Below, piece by piece: positions 35,706-45,900 of a DNA stretch of 64,000 nucleotides. Where the stretch lies: assembly GCA_964528395.1 (NCBI GenBank), contig CAZGTC010000005.1, positions 80,840 through 144,839 of the forward strand, given 5' to 3'. This DNA is from an uncultured bacterium. GTDB taxonomy: Bacteria > Margulisbacteria > WOR-1 > CAZGTC01. How positions within the stretch are numbered: the stretch's first letter is position 1; the number at the start of each line of letters is the position of its first letter. Below the pieces are notes generated by a model that was not told the origin of the DNA, did not search any database, and saw only the letters and a list, made by a program, of their open reading frames with translations. The translations under genes were made by a program, and so were the position numbers.

Positions 35706-38474
35706 ATGATGACAATAGCGCCCAAAATACAAATAGCTAAGAATAGGATTTCTGAAAGATGGCATTCTTGTAGCCCATTTTTTAATAGGAATTACAAAAT
35801 TAGGAGGATAAAGAGAACTACAGCAGGGACATTGAAAATAATTGATACTTTAAGCGTTTCTCTTTGTCCTAATGGTGTTTTTCTGGAAAGATTAAGGAAC
35901 CGAATATTAAAATCTTACCAAAGTGTTGATTTAAATAGGTTGCCTTCCTCAAAAGAACTAGATTCCTATATTAATTATTTATCTCGTTCTCCGGATATTA
36001 TTTTTTTAGATATTGATGGAACGCTGGCGTTAAATGAAAACACAGGATTATTAATAGCGGCTTTGTTAAAAAGTAATATTAGGCTTTGTATCATTTCTCA
36101 TCGTGATAAAGAATATATTGTTCAAAATATTTTTTCTTCCTCTTCCTCTTTGAACATTGATCAAAATACTTTGTCGAAATATAAAGAAAACATTTGGATT
36201 TATCCGCGCGGAGGAATGGAAAAGTATCGGTATGATAAATCTGGGGGATTAGAAAGAGTAGAAGAATATCCAGTATGTACAATGACTGACCTGGAGGCCA
36301 AAGCAATTGAAGAAGATTTTGTGAGCGGTGGCATCTTGGGAGAAAGAAAAATCGCCTCCTATTTTTTGAAACTAGAGAATAAGGATCCTCAGAAAGCAAG
36401 AGCCCTGGCAACGACAGCTAAAGAACAATATGGAGAAAAATATAAGGTGTATGTGTTTGATGATAAAACAATCTCTATTTCTAAAACATCAAAGAATCTA
36501 GCAGTAGAAGAGGCCTTTGATTCTTCCAAAACGCTAACTGGCATATATATCGGTGATTGTTTTGATGAGTTTGGGAATGATCGCCCGGTTTTAGAAGCTC
36601 AATATGGGGAGAACAAACTTGTAGCCATCAATGTTGGAGTAAAAATTAATCCTGTCGAAAAAAACAAATTTATACAAACTGATATAAGTTCAACGGAATG
36701 GTTAACTGTTGTATTGCTTCATCGAATTGGAGAAGCTTTGGGATGCCACAACAACATTCGTCTAGCTGCACGGTTTCTCAATGAACAAACAAGCTTATTA
36801 GGACGGTTTACAGGTTTAGCCTATAAAGATTCATATAGTCCGGGAAAAGAACAACGCGAATTTGATGGGACTCAAGCAGGAATTATAGACAGTATTTTTA
36901 ATATTGATCCAAGGCCCGGTTATATAAATTTTAATAGGCGATATTTGTTTCCAGAAGAAGAAGCAATTCATATGCTGCCAATTATAAAAAAGATGAAAGA
37001 AAATGGAAGTTTGCCGGTCCTGTTAGCAACTGGAGCCCTTAGATTTAGTTATCCATTATCTGTCTGGATGGAAAAACTTGGAATTAATAAAAAATATCGA
37101 AGAATAAAAATTCCTAGAACTCACGAGGGCCAAGCAAGAGATATAGGGAATTTAGTAACCTGTTTTTTAAGTGAAGAAGAAAAAAAGGCACATTTAAGTG
37201 AGACAGGCATGAAAAAACTCTTAGAGCATCCTAAGTTAAGAGGTAAGGATATTTCAAAACTTAATCGCGAAGATTTAATAGCTTTTTTCCTGCCGCTTCT
37301 TTTAGGCGACGAACTGCTAGCTTATTATGAACTTTTATCAAAAGCAGAATATATTAGTCAGTGTATAAGTAGAGATGGTTCTTGGGAATTAAATATTAAC
37401 TTTCTTTCTTCAAAGAATCGTTTTGCGAATGGTTGCCTGGAGCAAATAGCATCAAAGCTGAAGGATGAGTATGGCGAAAAACCTATTAAAGATAAATTAG
37501 GACTAAAAAATATATTTGAAGAAAGTCAGCCCCTATTAAAAGGGTATAAAGGAATAATAGATGGCCTAGATTTTCCAATCATTGAATTATTACTCGATGG
37601 AACCAAGATTTCAAGGCAATTTTTAGAAAATAATATAATTGGGATTGATGATACCTGTTCAAGGGGAGAATCTTTTTTGAGTTTTCTGCTTCTTATGAGA
37701 ATGCTTGGCAAAAAAATAACCTTTGCTGTAATAGAAGATGGATATTCTATTCGAAGAGGAGAAAACTCTTCTGGTATTGATACTGTTACTGGAGAGTACG
37801 GTTTGCAAATAAGGCCTAAGCAACTGCGAATAAGAGTATTGGAAGATATGCCGGGATATTTTGATGAATTAAGAAAAAGAGATGAATGGATATCTTATAC
37901 TTCTTATGTGCAAAGTGATATTGGTAATATTAGCAGACAGCGAGCTTATAGGGTGAAAATGAATTTGAGTAAAAAAGTAAAGAAATTTGTTTGTCAGCAT
38001 AATATAGAAATTCCCGAAGTGCTTAGATTAGCGGGTTTTTCTATTCGAGAATTATTCAGTGCGTATTTAAGGCAACCTGTTACAGATAAGCCTATAGAAG
38101 ATGAAAAGCAGATTACTTTTGTCGAATTATTTTGCCGCCGTTATTCCTGGAAACATCAATGGCCAATTAGGCACGAAATTGATAATGGCGTAAAAAAGCT
38201 TTTCTCAAGTCTTAGGGAAAGAGAAAAATTAGATGAATATAAATCGACTTTTGCTGACTTTAGAAAATGTGATTACGAATTAAAAGATTTTGAAGAGAAA
38301 AGGCTTGTAATGCAATGGCTGAAAGACAGAGAAAAAATTAAAAGCGAACAAGAAATATTTATTGATGATCTTTTATGCAGAGAAGGGACTTTAATTAGTC
38401 AGTATTTTGACGATAAAATAAGTTTCGAAGAACTTTTAGAAAATTTGCTTTCTTGTATTGATATCAAGAATTAA
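35706..38474 (+). CDS. orphan HAD-like phosphatase/phosphomutase fused to a PRTase-like region
   Basis: FLDIDGTL (motif I), YIGDCFDEFGND (motif IV, PMM-like), later IIGIDDTCSRGESF (PRPP-loop-like). Confidence 0.7.
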   Translation: MMTIAPKIQIAKNRISERWHSCSPFFNRNYKIRRIKRTTAGTLKIIDTLSVSLCPNGVFLERLRNRILKSYQSVDLNRLPSSKELDSYINYLSRSPDIIFLDIDGTLALNENTGLLIAALLKSNIRLCIISHRDKEYIVQNIFSSSSSLNIDQNTLSKYKENIWIYPRGGMEKYRYDKSGGLERVEEYPVCTMTDLEAKAIEEDFVSGGILGERKIASYFLKLENKDPQKARALATTAKEQYGEKYKVYVFDDKTISISKTSKNLAVEEAFDSSKTLTGIYIGDCFDEFGNDRPVLEAQYGENKLVAINVGVKINPVEKNKFIQTDISSTEWLTVVLLHRIGEALGCHNNIRLAARFLNEQTSLLGRFTGLAYKDSYSPGKEQREFDGTQAGIIDSIFNIDPRPGYINFNRRYLFPEEEAIHMLPIIKKMKENGSLPVLLATGALRFSYPLSVWMEKLGINKKYRRIKIPRTHEGQARDIGNLVTCFLSEEEKKAHLSETGMKKLLEHPKLRGKDISKLNREDLIAFFLPLLLGDELLAYYELLSKAEYISQCISRDGSWELNINFLSSKNRFANGCLEQIASKLKDEYGEKPIKDKLGLKNIFEESQPLLKGYKGIIDGLDFPIIELLLDGTKISRQFLENNIIGIDDTCSRGESFLSFLLLMRMLGKKITFAVIEDGYSIRRGENSSGIDTVTGEYGLQIRPKQLRIRVLEDMPGYFDELRKRDEWISYTSYVQSDIGNISRQRAYRVKMNLSKKVKKFVCQHNIEIPEVLRLAGFSIRELFSAYLRQPVTDKPIEDEKQITFVELFCRRYSWKHQWPIRHEIDNGVKKLFSSLREREKLDEYKSTFADFRKCDYELKDFEEKRLVMQWLKDREKIKSEQEIFIDDLLCREGTLISQYFDDKISFEELLENLLSCIDIKN

Positions 38475-38631
38475 ATCAAGCTGTATTTCCTTTGAGGGGA
38501 TTCTAAGAGCGCAAGAATATTTAAAAAGCTTAGAACAAGTGCCAAGGGCGTAAAAAAATAAACCTTTTTTGAGCATTTTGTGAAAGCCTCTTATAATACT
38601 GACAAATATCACATATTGGCGTAAAATTTGA

Positions 38632-38912
38632 ACTACGCAACATAAAAACACGAACTGGAATAAAGTAGCAGGCTGGTATGACGGCTTGGTCGGAGAAAAA
38701 GGCTCGGATTTTCACCAAATATTGTAACGTGGAGTTTCCATCGGCCACCGCAAGAATATTTTAAAGCCTTAGCTGCTGCTGGATTTTGTGTAAAAAATTT
38801 AGAGGAATTAAGCTCTCGTCGTTATAGCCTAGCTGGTAAAACCCAAAAAATGGAAGATCGCGCTCGCTCCGAAATCCCTCTTTTTCTATTGATTAGTGCA
38901 GTAAGAATTTGA
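38632..38912 (+). pseudogene. class I SAM methyltransferase remnant with internal deletion
   Basis: TNWNKVAGWYDGLVGEKGSDFHQ (N-terminus) joined out of frame at about 38725 to TWSFHRPPQEYFKALAAAGFCVKNLEE...RARSEIPLFLLISAVRI (C-terminus); SAM-binding core absent. Confidence 0.7.
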
Positions 38913-38963
38913 CAAGAAAACTAATATGGTATATTATTTCCGCAGATACTCAAAAATGAGTAT
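38909..38963 (+). promoter_or_regulatory. sigma70 promoter and inverted-repeat operator of the abiE operon
   Basis: TTGACA (38909-14)-17 bp-TATTAT (38932-37); ATACTCA-AAAA-TGAGTAT at 38946-38963. Confidence 0.7.
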
Positions 38964-38974
38964 TTGGAGAAATA

Positions 38975-39589
38975 ATGAATTTTAAGGAATTTCGAGAAAA
39001 AACCAAACAAGTCCCTTTTTTACAGAGCGATTTAGCTAAATTATTTTCTGTGGAACCCCAGGCTATGCGTAACCAGCTCCAGCGCTGGAAAAACAAGGGG
39101 CTAATCATTTCTCTGAAGAGGGGGGTTTATCTTTTAAACCAAGAGGAAAGAACAAATTCTATTTCAAGGCAGGTAATTGCGGCTAATCTCTATACTCCTT
39201 CATATATTAGCCTAGAAACAGCGCTAAGCTATTATAAATTGATTCCCGAAAAAATTGTGAGTCTAACTTCGGTCACTACCCGTAAAACAAAAACTTTCCA
39301 AAATAAAGAGGGGTTATTTATCTACCGGCATTTAATGAAAGAAGCCTATTTTGGTTTCCAGCTTATGCGTGATGAATATGGGTTTCCATATTTTATGGCA
39401 GAACCAGAAAAAGCGCTTCTTGATTTTCTATATCTTAATCTGGGAAGTATTCAATCGGACAATAATGATTATTATGCTTTATCTCTAAGGTTGCAAAATC
39501 GGTCTCTTTTAAATAAGAAAAAATTAACCTTGTATGCCAAGCGTTATGCCGTAAAAAAACTATTAAAAATTGTGGAGAAGCTAAAATGA
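38975..39589 (+). CDS. AbiEi-like type IV antitoxin
   Basis: wHTH LKRGVY, PSYISLETALSYYKLIPE, AEPEKALLDFLY. Confidence 0.88.
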   Translation: MNFKEFREKTKQVPFLQSDLAKLFSVEPQAMRNQLQRWKNKGLIISLKRGVYLLNQEERTNSISRQVIAANLYTPSYISLETALSYYKLIPEKIVSLTSVTTRKTKTFQNKEGLFIYRHLMKEAYFGFQLMRDEYGFPYFMAEPEKALLDFLYLNLGSIQSDNNDYYALSLRLQNRSLLNKKKLTLYAKRYAVKKLLKIVEKLK

Positions 39590-40392
39590 AAGAAGTTCTC
39601 TTTAATAAAATCAAGAAACTGACCACTCATGAAGAAAAATATAATATTACTCGTGAGTTTTTGCAAGAGTTAATTTTGCAGATTATTGATAAAAAAGGCT
39701 ATTTTGCCAATCTGGCTTTTGTTGGTGGCACGGCGTTAAGAATTTTGTATGATCTGCCTAGGTTTTCAGAAGATCTTGATTTTTCACTTGTGAATAAAAA
39801 GGATTTCAATTTTGGGCAATTATTGGAAGATTTAAGAACCGAACTTCAACTAAATAACCTTGAGATAGAAATCATTCGAAAAGATAAAAAACGTACGGTT
39901 TTAAATGAATTTATTCGATTTAAATCTTTATTGTTTGATTTGGGATTATCTCAACATAAAAATGAGAAACTCTTAATTAAATTAGAAATTGATTCTAATC
40001 CGCCGAGAGAATATCAAACGGAGATTGTTTTGGTTAATAAAGATTTTCTTTTTAAGGTACAAGCTTATGATCTTCCTTCTTTATTTGCAGGGAAATTACA
40101 CGCTTTTCTTTTTCGCAAATACGCGAAGGGCCGGGATTATTATGATCTTTTATGGTTTCTGGCAAAAAAAGCCCCGATTAATTATAAATTTTTATTATCT
40201 GGAGCCCAGCAAACCCAAGGAAAAGATTTTTATATAGATAAAAAAAACTTAAAAAACTTTTTAGAAAAAAAAATTCAGCATACTAATTTTACTCACATTG
40301 CTAATGATACTGCTATTTTTTTAAGTAAAAAAGAAGAACAAGCTTATTTTAAGAAAGAATATTTTCTGGCTGCTATTGATAAGGGTATTTAG
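39586..40392 (+). CDS. AbiEii/AbiGii nucleotidyltransferase toxin
   Basis: FVGGTALRILYDLPRFSEDLDFS, KLHAFLFR..KGRDYYDL; ATGA overlap with the antitoxin. Confidence 0.92.
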   Translation: MKEVLFNKIKKLTTHEEKYNITREFLQELILQIIDKKGYFANLAFVGGTALRILYDLPRFSEDLDFSLVNKKDFNFGQLLEDLRTELQLNNLEIEIIRKDKKRTVLNEFIRFKSLLFDLGLSQHKNEKLLIKLEIDSNPPREYQTEIVLVNKDFLFKVQAYDLPSLFAGKLHAFLFRKYAKGRDYYDLLWFLAKKAPINYKFLLSGAQQTQGKDFYIDKKNLKNFLEKKIQHTNFTHIANDTAIFLSKKEEQAYFKKEYFLAAIDKGI

Positions 40393-40400
40393 GGATTTAT

Positions 40401-41432
40401 ATGCCAAAAGATATTCGAATATCAAACTTTGATTATGATTTGCCGGAGCAATTTATTGCCCAAGAGCCCAAAGAGCAAAGGGAGCAGTCTCGGCTTTTGG
40501 TTCTTGACCGCAAAACCGGGCAGATAGAACATCACAAGTTTTTTGAAATTGCGGATTTTCTCAATCCGAATGACCTATTAATTTTGAACGATACCCGCGT
40601 GATCCCAGCCCGCTTGTTTGGCCATAAAAAAAGCGAAGGCCAGGCGCAAATTGAAGTCTTGCTTTTAAAAGACTTAGGAAATAATACTTGGCAAGTATTG
40701 GTTAAGCCGGGAAAAAGGTTGAAACCTGATTCTGAAGTTATTTTTGGTTCAGGCAAGCTGATCGGCAAGGTTTTAAAAGTTTTCCCCTCTGGCGAGCAGG
40801 TTATGCAGTTTAATGCCCAAGGGGAATTTAGCCGGATTTTGTCTGAAATTGGACAAGTCCCGCTTCCGCCTTATATCAAAGAAGAAGCAACCACGGCTTT
40901 AACCAATAGATATCAAACAGTTTATGCGAATAAAGACGGGGCCGTGGCTGCCCCAACTGCGGGCTTACATTTTACCCAAGATCTTTTGGATAAATTAAAG
41001 GCCAAAGGCGTAAGCATAGAAAAAATTACCCTGCATACTGGCTTGGGCACTTTTCAGCCGGTCAAGGCAGAAACTGTTGAGGAACATGAGATCCATGAAG
41101 AATATTGCGAGGTCAATAAAAAAGCAATTGAAAAAATTAATCTAGCCCATAAGAATAATGGACGGGTAGTTGCAGTTGGGACAACGACAGTTCGGGCGCT
41201 AGAAACTTGCGAAGGGAAACCTTTCCAGGGAGAAACAGATGTTTTTATTTATCCGGGTTTTCAATTTAGGATAGTGGATGCCATGATTACCAATTTTCAT
41301 GTACCGCGCTCAACCCTATTGCTGCTTGTTTCTGCTTTTGCTTCGCGCGAAATGATTATGCATGCCTATGAAGAAGCGAAAAAATCCCATTACCGTTTCT
41401 TTTCTTTTGGGGATGCCATGTTTATCAAATAA
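40401..41432 (+). CDS. queA: SAM:tRNA ribosyltransferase-isomerase
   Basis: FDYDLP, NDTRVIPARL, PLPPYI, AAPTAGLHFT, TNFHVPRSTL, FFSFGDAM. Confidence 0.97.
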   Translation: MPKDIRISNFDYDLPEQFIAQEPKEQREQSRLLVLDRKTGQIEHHKFFEIADFLNPNDLLILNDTRVIPARLFGHKKSEGQAQIEVLLLKDLGNNTWQVLVKPGKRLKPDSEVIFGSGKLIGKVLKVFPSGEQVMQFNAQGEFSRILSEIGQVPLPPYIKEEATTALTNRYQTVYANKDGAVAAPTAGLHFTQDLLDKLKAKGVSIEKITLHTGLGTFQPVKAETVEEHEIHEEYCEVNKKAIEKINLAHKNNGRVVAVGTTTVRALETCEGKPFQGETDVFIYPGFQFRIVDAMITNFHVPRSTLLLLVSAFASREMIMHAYEEAKKSHYRFFSFGDAMFIK

Positions 41433-41467
41433 AAAGGGGCAGCGGCCATCTGCAATAGCGCTACCCC
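41431..41467 (-). terminator. intrinsic terminator-like hairpin
   Basis: Minus strand GGGGTAGCG-loop-CGCTGCCCC-TTTTT; loop contains GCAGATGGC. Confidence 0.6.
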
Positions 41468-41507
41468 CCATAAAAAATAAATCCCAATGACAAAATCCAA
41501 AAATAAT

Positions 41508-41605
41508 CAGGTTGGGACAACCTGCTTTACGTTTATTTATCTGTTGCGTTATTGATCTGCTAAGTTGTTGATCTGTTACGTAGTTGAGGTTGTCTCAACC
41601 TCAAC
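41508..41605. repeat. REPIN-like inverted doublet (GTAG-type, family B)
   Basis: CAGGTTGGGACAACCTGCTTTAC and GTAGTTGAGGTTGTCTCAACCTCAAC, separated by TTGATCTG repeats. Confidence 0.7.
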
Positions 41606-41611
41606 AGGCTG

Positions 41612-42730
41612 TTACTTTTTCTCTCCGAGTTTGATTAGTTGTTTGAGGCCTTCGTCAAGATTGGACTGGTTGTCTTTTATTGGTTCAGTTAATTTGCTTT
41701 CCGGCAATGAATAGAATTTTGAAAGGGATTCTTTTTCTTGTTTTTGCTTTTGGGCAAAGGTATCGGTTTTTGGCAAGCTATAGGAAAGGGAGAAAAAGTG
41801 GGCAGAGTTGCCTTCAATCTGGCTGTCTTGGCGGAAAGCATAGTCAAATGAGAACCCTTTATAATTCAAGCCAACCCCAGCGCTGATATGGCTAAGCGTG
41901 CCTTCTACAGAAGGGTCTTGGTCTAGCCCCAAGCGCAGGGAGATAAAATCAACTGGCGCATATTCTGTTCCAATGTGCACGGTCAAAGGCCGGTCCTGGG
42001 TAATGTTTAAATTTGTTTCAAGGGACAAAAGCAGCTTGTTTTCCCAGATTTTTTTGCTCATTCCAGCATTAAAGCTGGTAGGCAGGTTTTCTTTTGTGCC
42101 AGATTCCCATAAAAGGCCGTTTTTCCCGTTGATGGCATTTTTTACGGTTAATCCAAAGGCTGCATCATCTTCTTTAACAAGCAAAAGCCCGATGTCTAAG
42201 CTGGTTCCGCTGGCTTGGGCTTTGGACAAATTACTTCCTCCGGAAAAGCCTTTTTGAAAAGCCTTAGCAGTAATTCCAATGCAAAAACTGCCGATTTCAG
42301 AAGGGGCATAAAGGATCTCGTTTAAATTCAACCCATAAGATAATAGAATGGTAGTATCTTGATAACTGATAGCTTGCGCAGAATTTAGGGACGCTTTATC
42401 CGTTGTATAGTATCCAGCTGGAGTGGCTGCAGAAATAAAGCCAATTCCTAGGGTTCCGGTATTGACTGGAATGGATCCGCTAGCTAGCTGATAATTTACA
42501 CGGTCCAAAAGCCGGGTAGACATGCTGCTAATGGACCAGGTTTTGGTATAACCTAATCCTGCGGGGTTGGAGAAAACAGCGTTAGAATTATCTGCGATGG
42601 CGATATAGCTGCGTCCCAAACCGATGGCCCGGGCACCGATCCCAATAGAAGAAGTATCAACGTTAGTTTTGGCCCAACATAAAGTACTGGATAAAACGGC
42701 AATTAATACGAAAATTAAAATTTTTCTCAT
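41612..42730 (-). CDS. PorV/UPF0164-like outer-membrane beta-barrel protein
   Basis: Signal peptide; IGARAIGLGRSYIAIADNSNAVFSNPAGL plug motif; GFSFDYAF...HFFSLSY end of barrel. Confidence 0.8.
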   Translation of the reverse strand: MRKILIFVLIAVLSSTLCWAKTNVDTSSIGIGARAIGLGRSYIAIADNSNAVFSNPAGLGYTKTWSISSMSTRLLDRVNYQLASGSIPVNTGTLGIGFISAATPAGYYTTDKASLNSAQAISYQDTTILLSYGLNLNEILYAPSEIGSFCIGITAKAFQKGFSGGSNLSKAQASGTSLDIGLLLVKEDDAAFGLTVKNAINGKNGLLWESGTKENLPTSFNAGMSKKIWENKLLLSLETNLNITQDRPLTVHIGTEYAPVDFISLRLGLDQDPSVEGTLSHISAGVGLNYKGFSFDYAFRQDSQIEGNSAHFFSLSYSLPKTDTFAQKQKQEKESLSKFYSLPESKLTEPIKDNQSNLDEGLKQLIKLGEKK

Positions 42731-42757
42731 TGCTCTTTTTGTCCTTTAGATTAAAGC

Positions 42758-42828
42758 AAAAATGGGCCTAGCCATCTTGCTAAAGCCCATTCTCACTTTA
42801 AACTATTTATTTAATTTTTGCAGATGGC
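42758..42828 (-). terminator. leader terminator with potential antiterminator
   Basis: Minus strand AATGGGC...GCCCATT-TTT; loop GCAAGATGGC complementary to upstream GCCATCTGC (42820-42828). Confidence 0.55.
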
Positions 42829-42880
42829 TTGTCCGCCTGCGGCGGGCTTGGCGACCTCTAAGGGGCGCTCTGTACCTATA

Positions 42881-42907
42881 TTATCGGGGGAGGGGGGGGG
42901 TAACTTG
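42881..42907 (-). promoter_or_regulatory. putative sigma28-like promoter CAAGTTAC-N11-CCCGATAA with homopolymer spacer
   Basis: Minus strand reading; spacer is almost entirely a poly-C tract. Confidence 0.5.
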
Positions 42908-42920
42908 CATGCTTTTTTGA

Positions 42921-45900
42921 CTATTCAAAGACCGCGATTTCACCTCTAGCCAGGACCTTTCCGCCACTGGTAATAGCCAAAAGATAGACCCCGTTGCCAA
43001 CGATTTCATTAGAAAAGTCCTTGCCGTTCCATGCAACGGAGTTTTCTCCGGGGTGGGCGCCTTCTTGGCCTGGGAGCAGGGCTTTTCGCCAAACTTGCTC
43101 CCCAGCTATGTTATATAGATATAGGGTGATTTCAGCATCCTGGGACAGGGTATAGACAATATTGGTAGATTCGCCGCTGGACGGCTTAAAGGGGTTGGGA
43201 TAGTTCCTTGGGCTGCCGATAATGCTTAATCCAGCCATGACCGTAAGATCATTGATTTCCCTTTCGGTTTTGTAATTTTCCGTATCATAAGCTTCAATAA
43301 AAAGCGTGTTTTTGCCTTCGGAGAGCTTTTCGGTTGGAGCATAAGCAGCGATGATATTAATATCAGAAGCGCTAGATGCAGACTGTATGGATAATCCCTG
43401 TGAAACCGCTTTGCCGTTTAAGGTTAATTTTATCGAATCTTTTTTCACCCCATTGGGGTCTTGCAGTTCTATGGTGAATTTGGGGTTGGCATTGATTATA
43501 TCCCCATTATTTACTTCCCGGTTGTCTATTTTTACGGTTATGATCGGGCCTTTTATATTAACAATAAACGTAAACGGAGCTGCTTCTCTTTTATTCCCGA
43601 GCTTGTCAAAAGCTGCCACGATCCAGGTATAGGTGCCGTCTTTTAAGTCTTTAGCTGGAATAGTATAAGTATTGGTTTTTGTATCCGTTTCTCCGATTTT
43701 TGTTCCATTGAGCATAATTTCGTACTTGTCCATTCCAGAGCCATTAGGATCATCTTTCGTGAGTTCCCATTTTAAGGTTATGGGTTCTTCTTTATTAATG
43801 CGCTTTTGGTTGGATGGTTCTAGAAGGTTGAAAGAATCAGGCGGGGTGTGGTCAGCCTGATAAACCTCGATATTAGCCGAGGCTTTTAGCTGCTTGTATT
43901 GTGCGGAAACAGTATAGGTGCCTTTTTGGTTCGCAGAAAATATCCCTTGATTGCCCGAACCTTGGATATTGGCAGGGGCAGGGGATGCGGTCCAGGAGGG
44001 GTTAATAATAACCGTATTATTGGCAGCATCTTTTCCAATGACCGTAAAGGTAAAAGACTGGTCGGTCGCGGTTTTTGCGCCTTGAGCCGGGTCGATTTCG
44101 ATCTTAACCGGTTCTTCGGTAATATTGATTTCGATCTCATCGGTTTTGCCATTGTCAGAAGCAGCTTTGATTTTTACTTTTCCTAATGTATTGGAAGCGG
44201 TGAATTCGCCGGTATCTTTATTTATATCTCCTTCTCCCTCGGTTTTTTCCCAAGAAAAACTGGAATAGCCGATAATTTCTTGATTTTTGTTGTCATAGGC
44301 TTTGGCAGAGAAAGTAAATTTAGCGCCTCTTACAATAGAAATGCCTTTATCCTTGATCTGGATTGATTCTGGCTGGGGCATGGCGTAAGTAAAAGTTTTT
44401 ATCGCTGAAGATAAGCCCGCATTATCCAAAGCTTTTACATTCAAATAATAAGTTTTTCCGCTCACAAGGTTCTTGGCCTGGTATTTAATGTCGGTTATAG
44501 TATCCGTTGGTTCTTTTTTTGAATCTTCAGAAATGCTAACTAAATATCCTTGGATGCCAGACAAATTATCTGCCGGGGCAGTCCATTCAAAATAAGGGTT
44601 TTCATAGCCATACGATTTATTTTCTTCAATAATATCTTTTTTTGAACTGTCTGCATAAGCCTTGATAGTATCAATGGCATTGGGAGGGGTGGTGTCAATC
44701 GTAACTGTTTTTTCAATAGTAGTAGTTAGGTTTTTTTTGTCCAGTACTTTGAGGGTGAATTTATATTTTCCTTCCTTGAGAGGAGTAATAATATTCTCGA
44801 ATGATTTAGAGCTAGTTGATCCGCTGCCTTCATCAAGGGGTTTAGGATTTCCTTCCAGATAAAGCCCAAAAAACTGACTTAAGTTGGAGTTTAAGGCCAG
44901 TTCAAAATCAATCGCATATTTAGGGGATTTGGGATATTCGGTTAAGGAGAATTTTTGAATAAGAGTGTTTGGATCAACATCTATGAGTTTAGATACAAAT
45001 GTTCCAATATTTCCGCATTTATCAATTGCTAATAATTTTAAAAGGAAATAGCCTTCATAAGGCAAGGTAATTTTTTCCGCATACTCATTTTTGTTTTTAT
45101 CAAAAGCAATGGTTGACAATGTGCGGTCTGGTAATTCATAGAAAGCATCCGGTTCCCCTTCACGCTTGAATTGGATAACATATTTTTCTATACCTGAAAG
45201 AGTGTCAGTTCCTGGCGCCCATTTTATGGTAAATTCTTTTGAGCCAATAATAAAGCGATTGTTTTCTTCCAGCGCCCCTTCAATCTTCAAATTGCTTTTG
45301 TTAATGCTAATGTCCGGCGGCGTGCGGTCTATAATTAAGGTGTAATAAGATATATTTTTATATTGCAAGAGGGTGTAATTTCCAGCTTTATCATATATAT
45401 CTAAGCGAAAATCAATTTTTTCTTCCGGCATCTTTTCAAAAGTAAAACTTTTTTCCCCGGCTTTAACTGTCTGGAAAGTGACAGGAAAAGGTAAGCCTCC
45501 AAAAATAGTAGATTTTATAATTTGTGTTTCGCCCAAGCCAGAAGGGGAAATCCCTTTATCTTCGGCATTCCAGGAAATGGTTCCTTTATCTTTGATGTAC
45601 AGAGTTCTTGGAAAATTGGCGGAAGCAGTCGGCGGGGTGGTGTCGACTTCGATGCTGGCAATCTCAATATTAGACCATTCTTCAGTTTCATTTGCTACTG
45701 CAACTCCCACAATTTTTTTGCCTTCAATCCCATTGTAGGTACTTAATTTCCATTTTTGTGGAGAACTAAAGGCAGAAAAATGAGTTACGTTTGTATGTGC
45801 GCTTGGATTAAATCCCGCAGCTAGTGCTGGGTCAGCTATATAATTCATAATGTCCATTTTTTTTATAGGAGAGAGAGCTGTTGGTGTTATTGTAAGAGAC

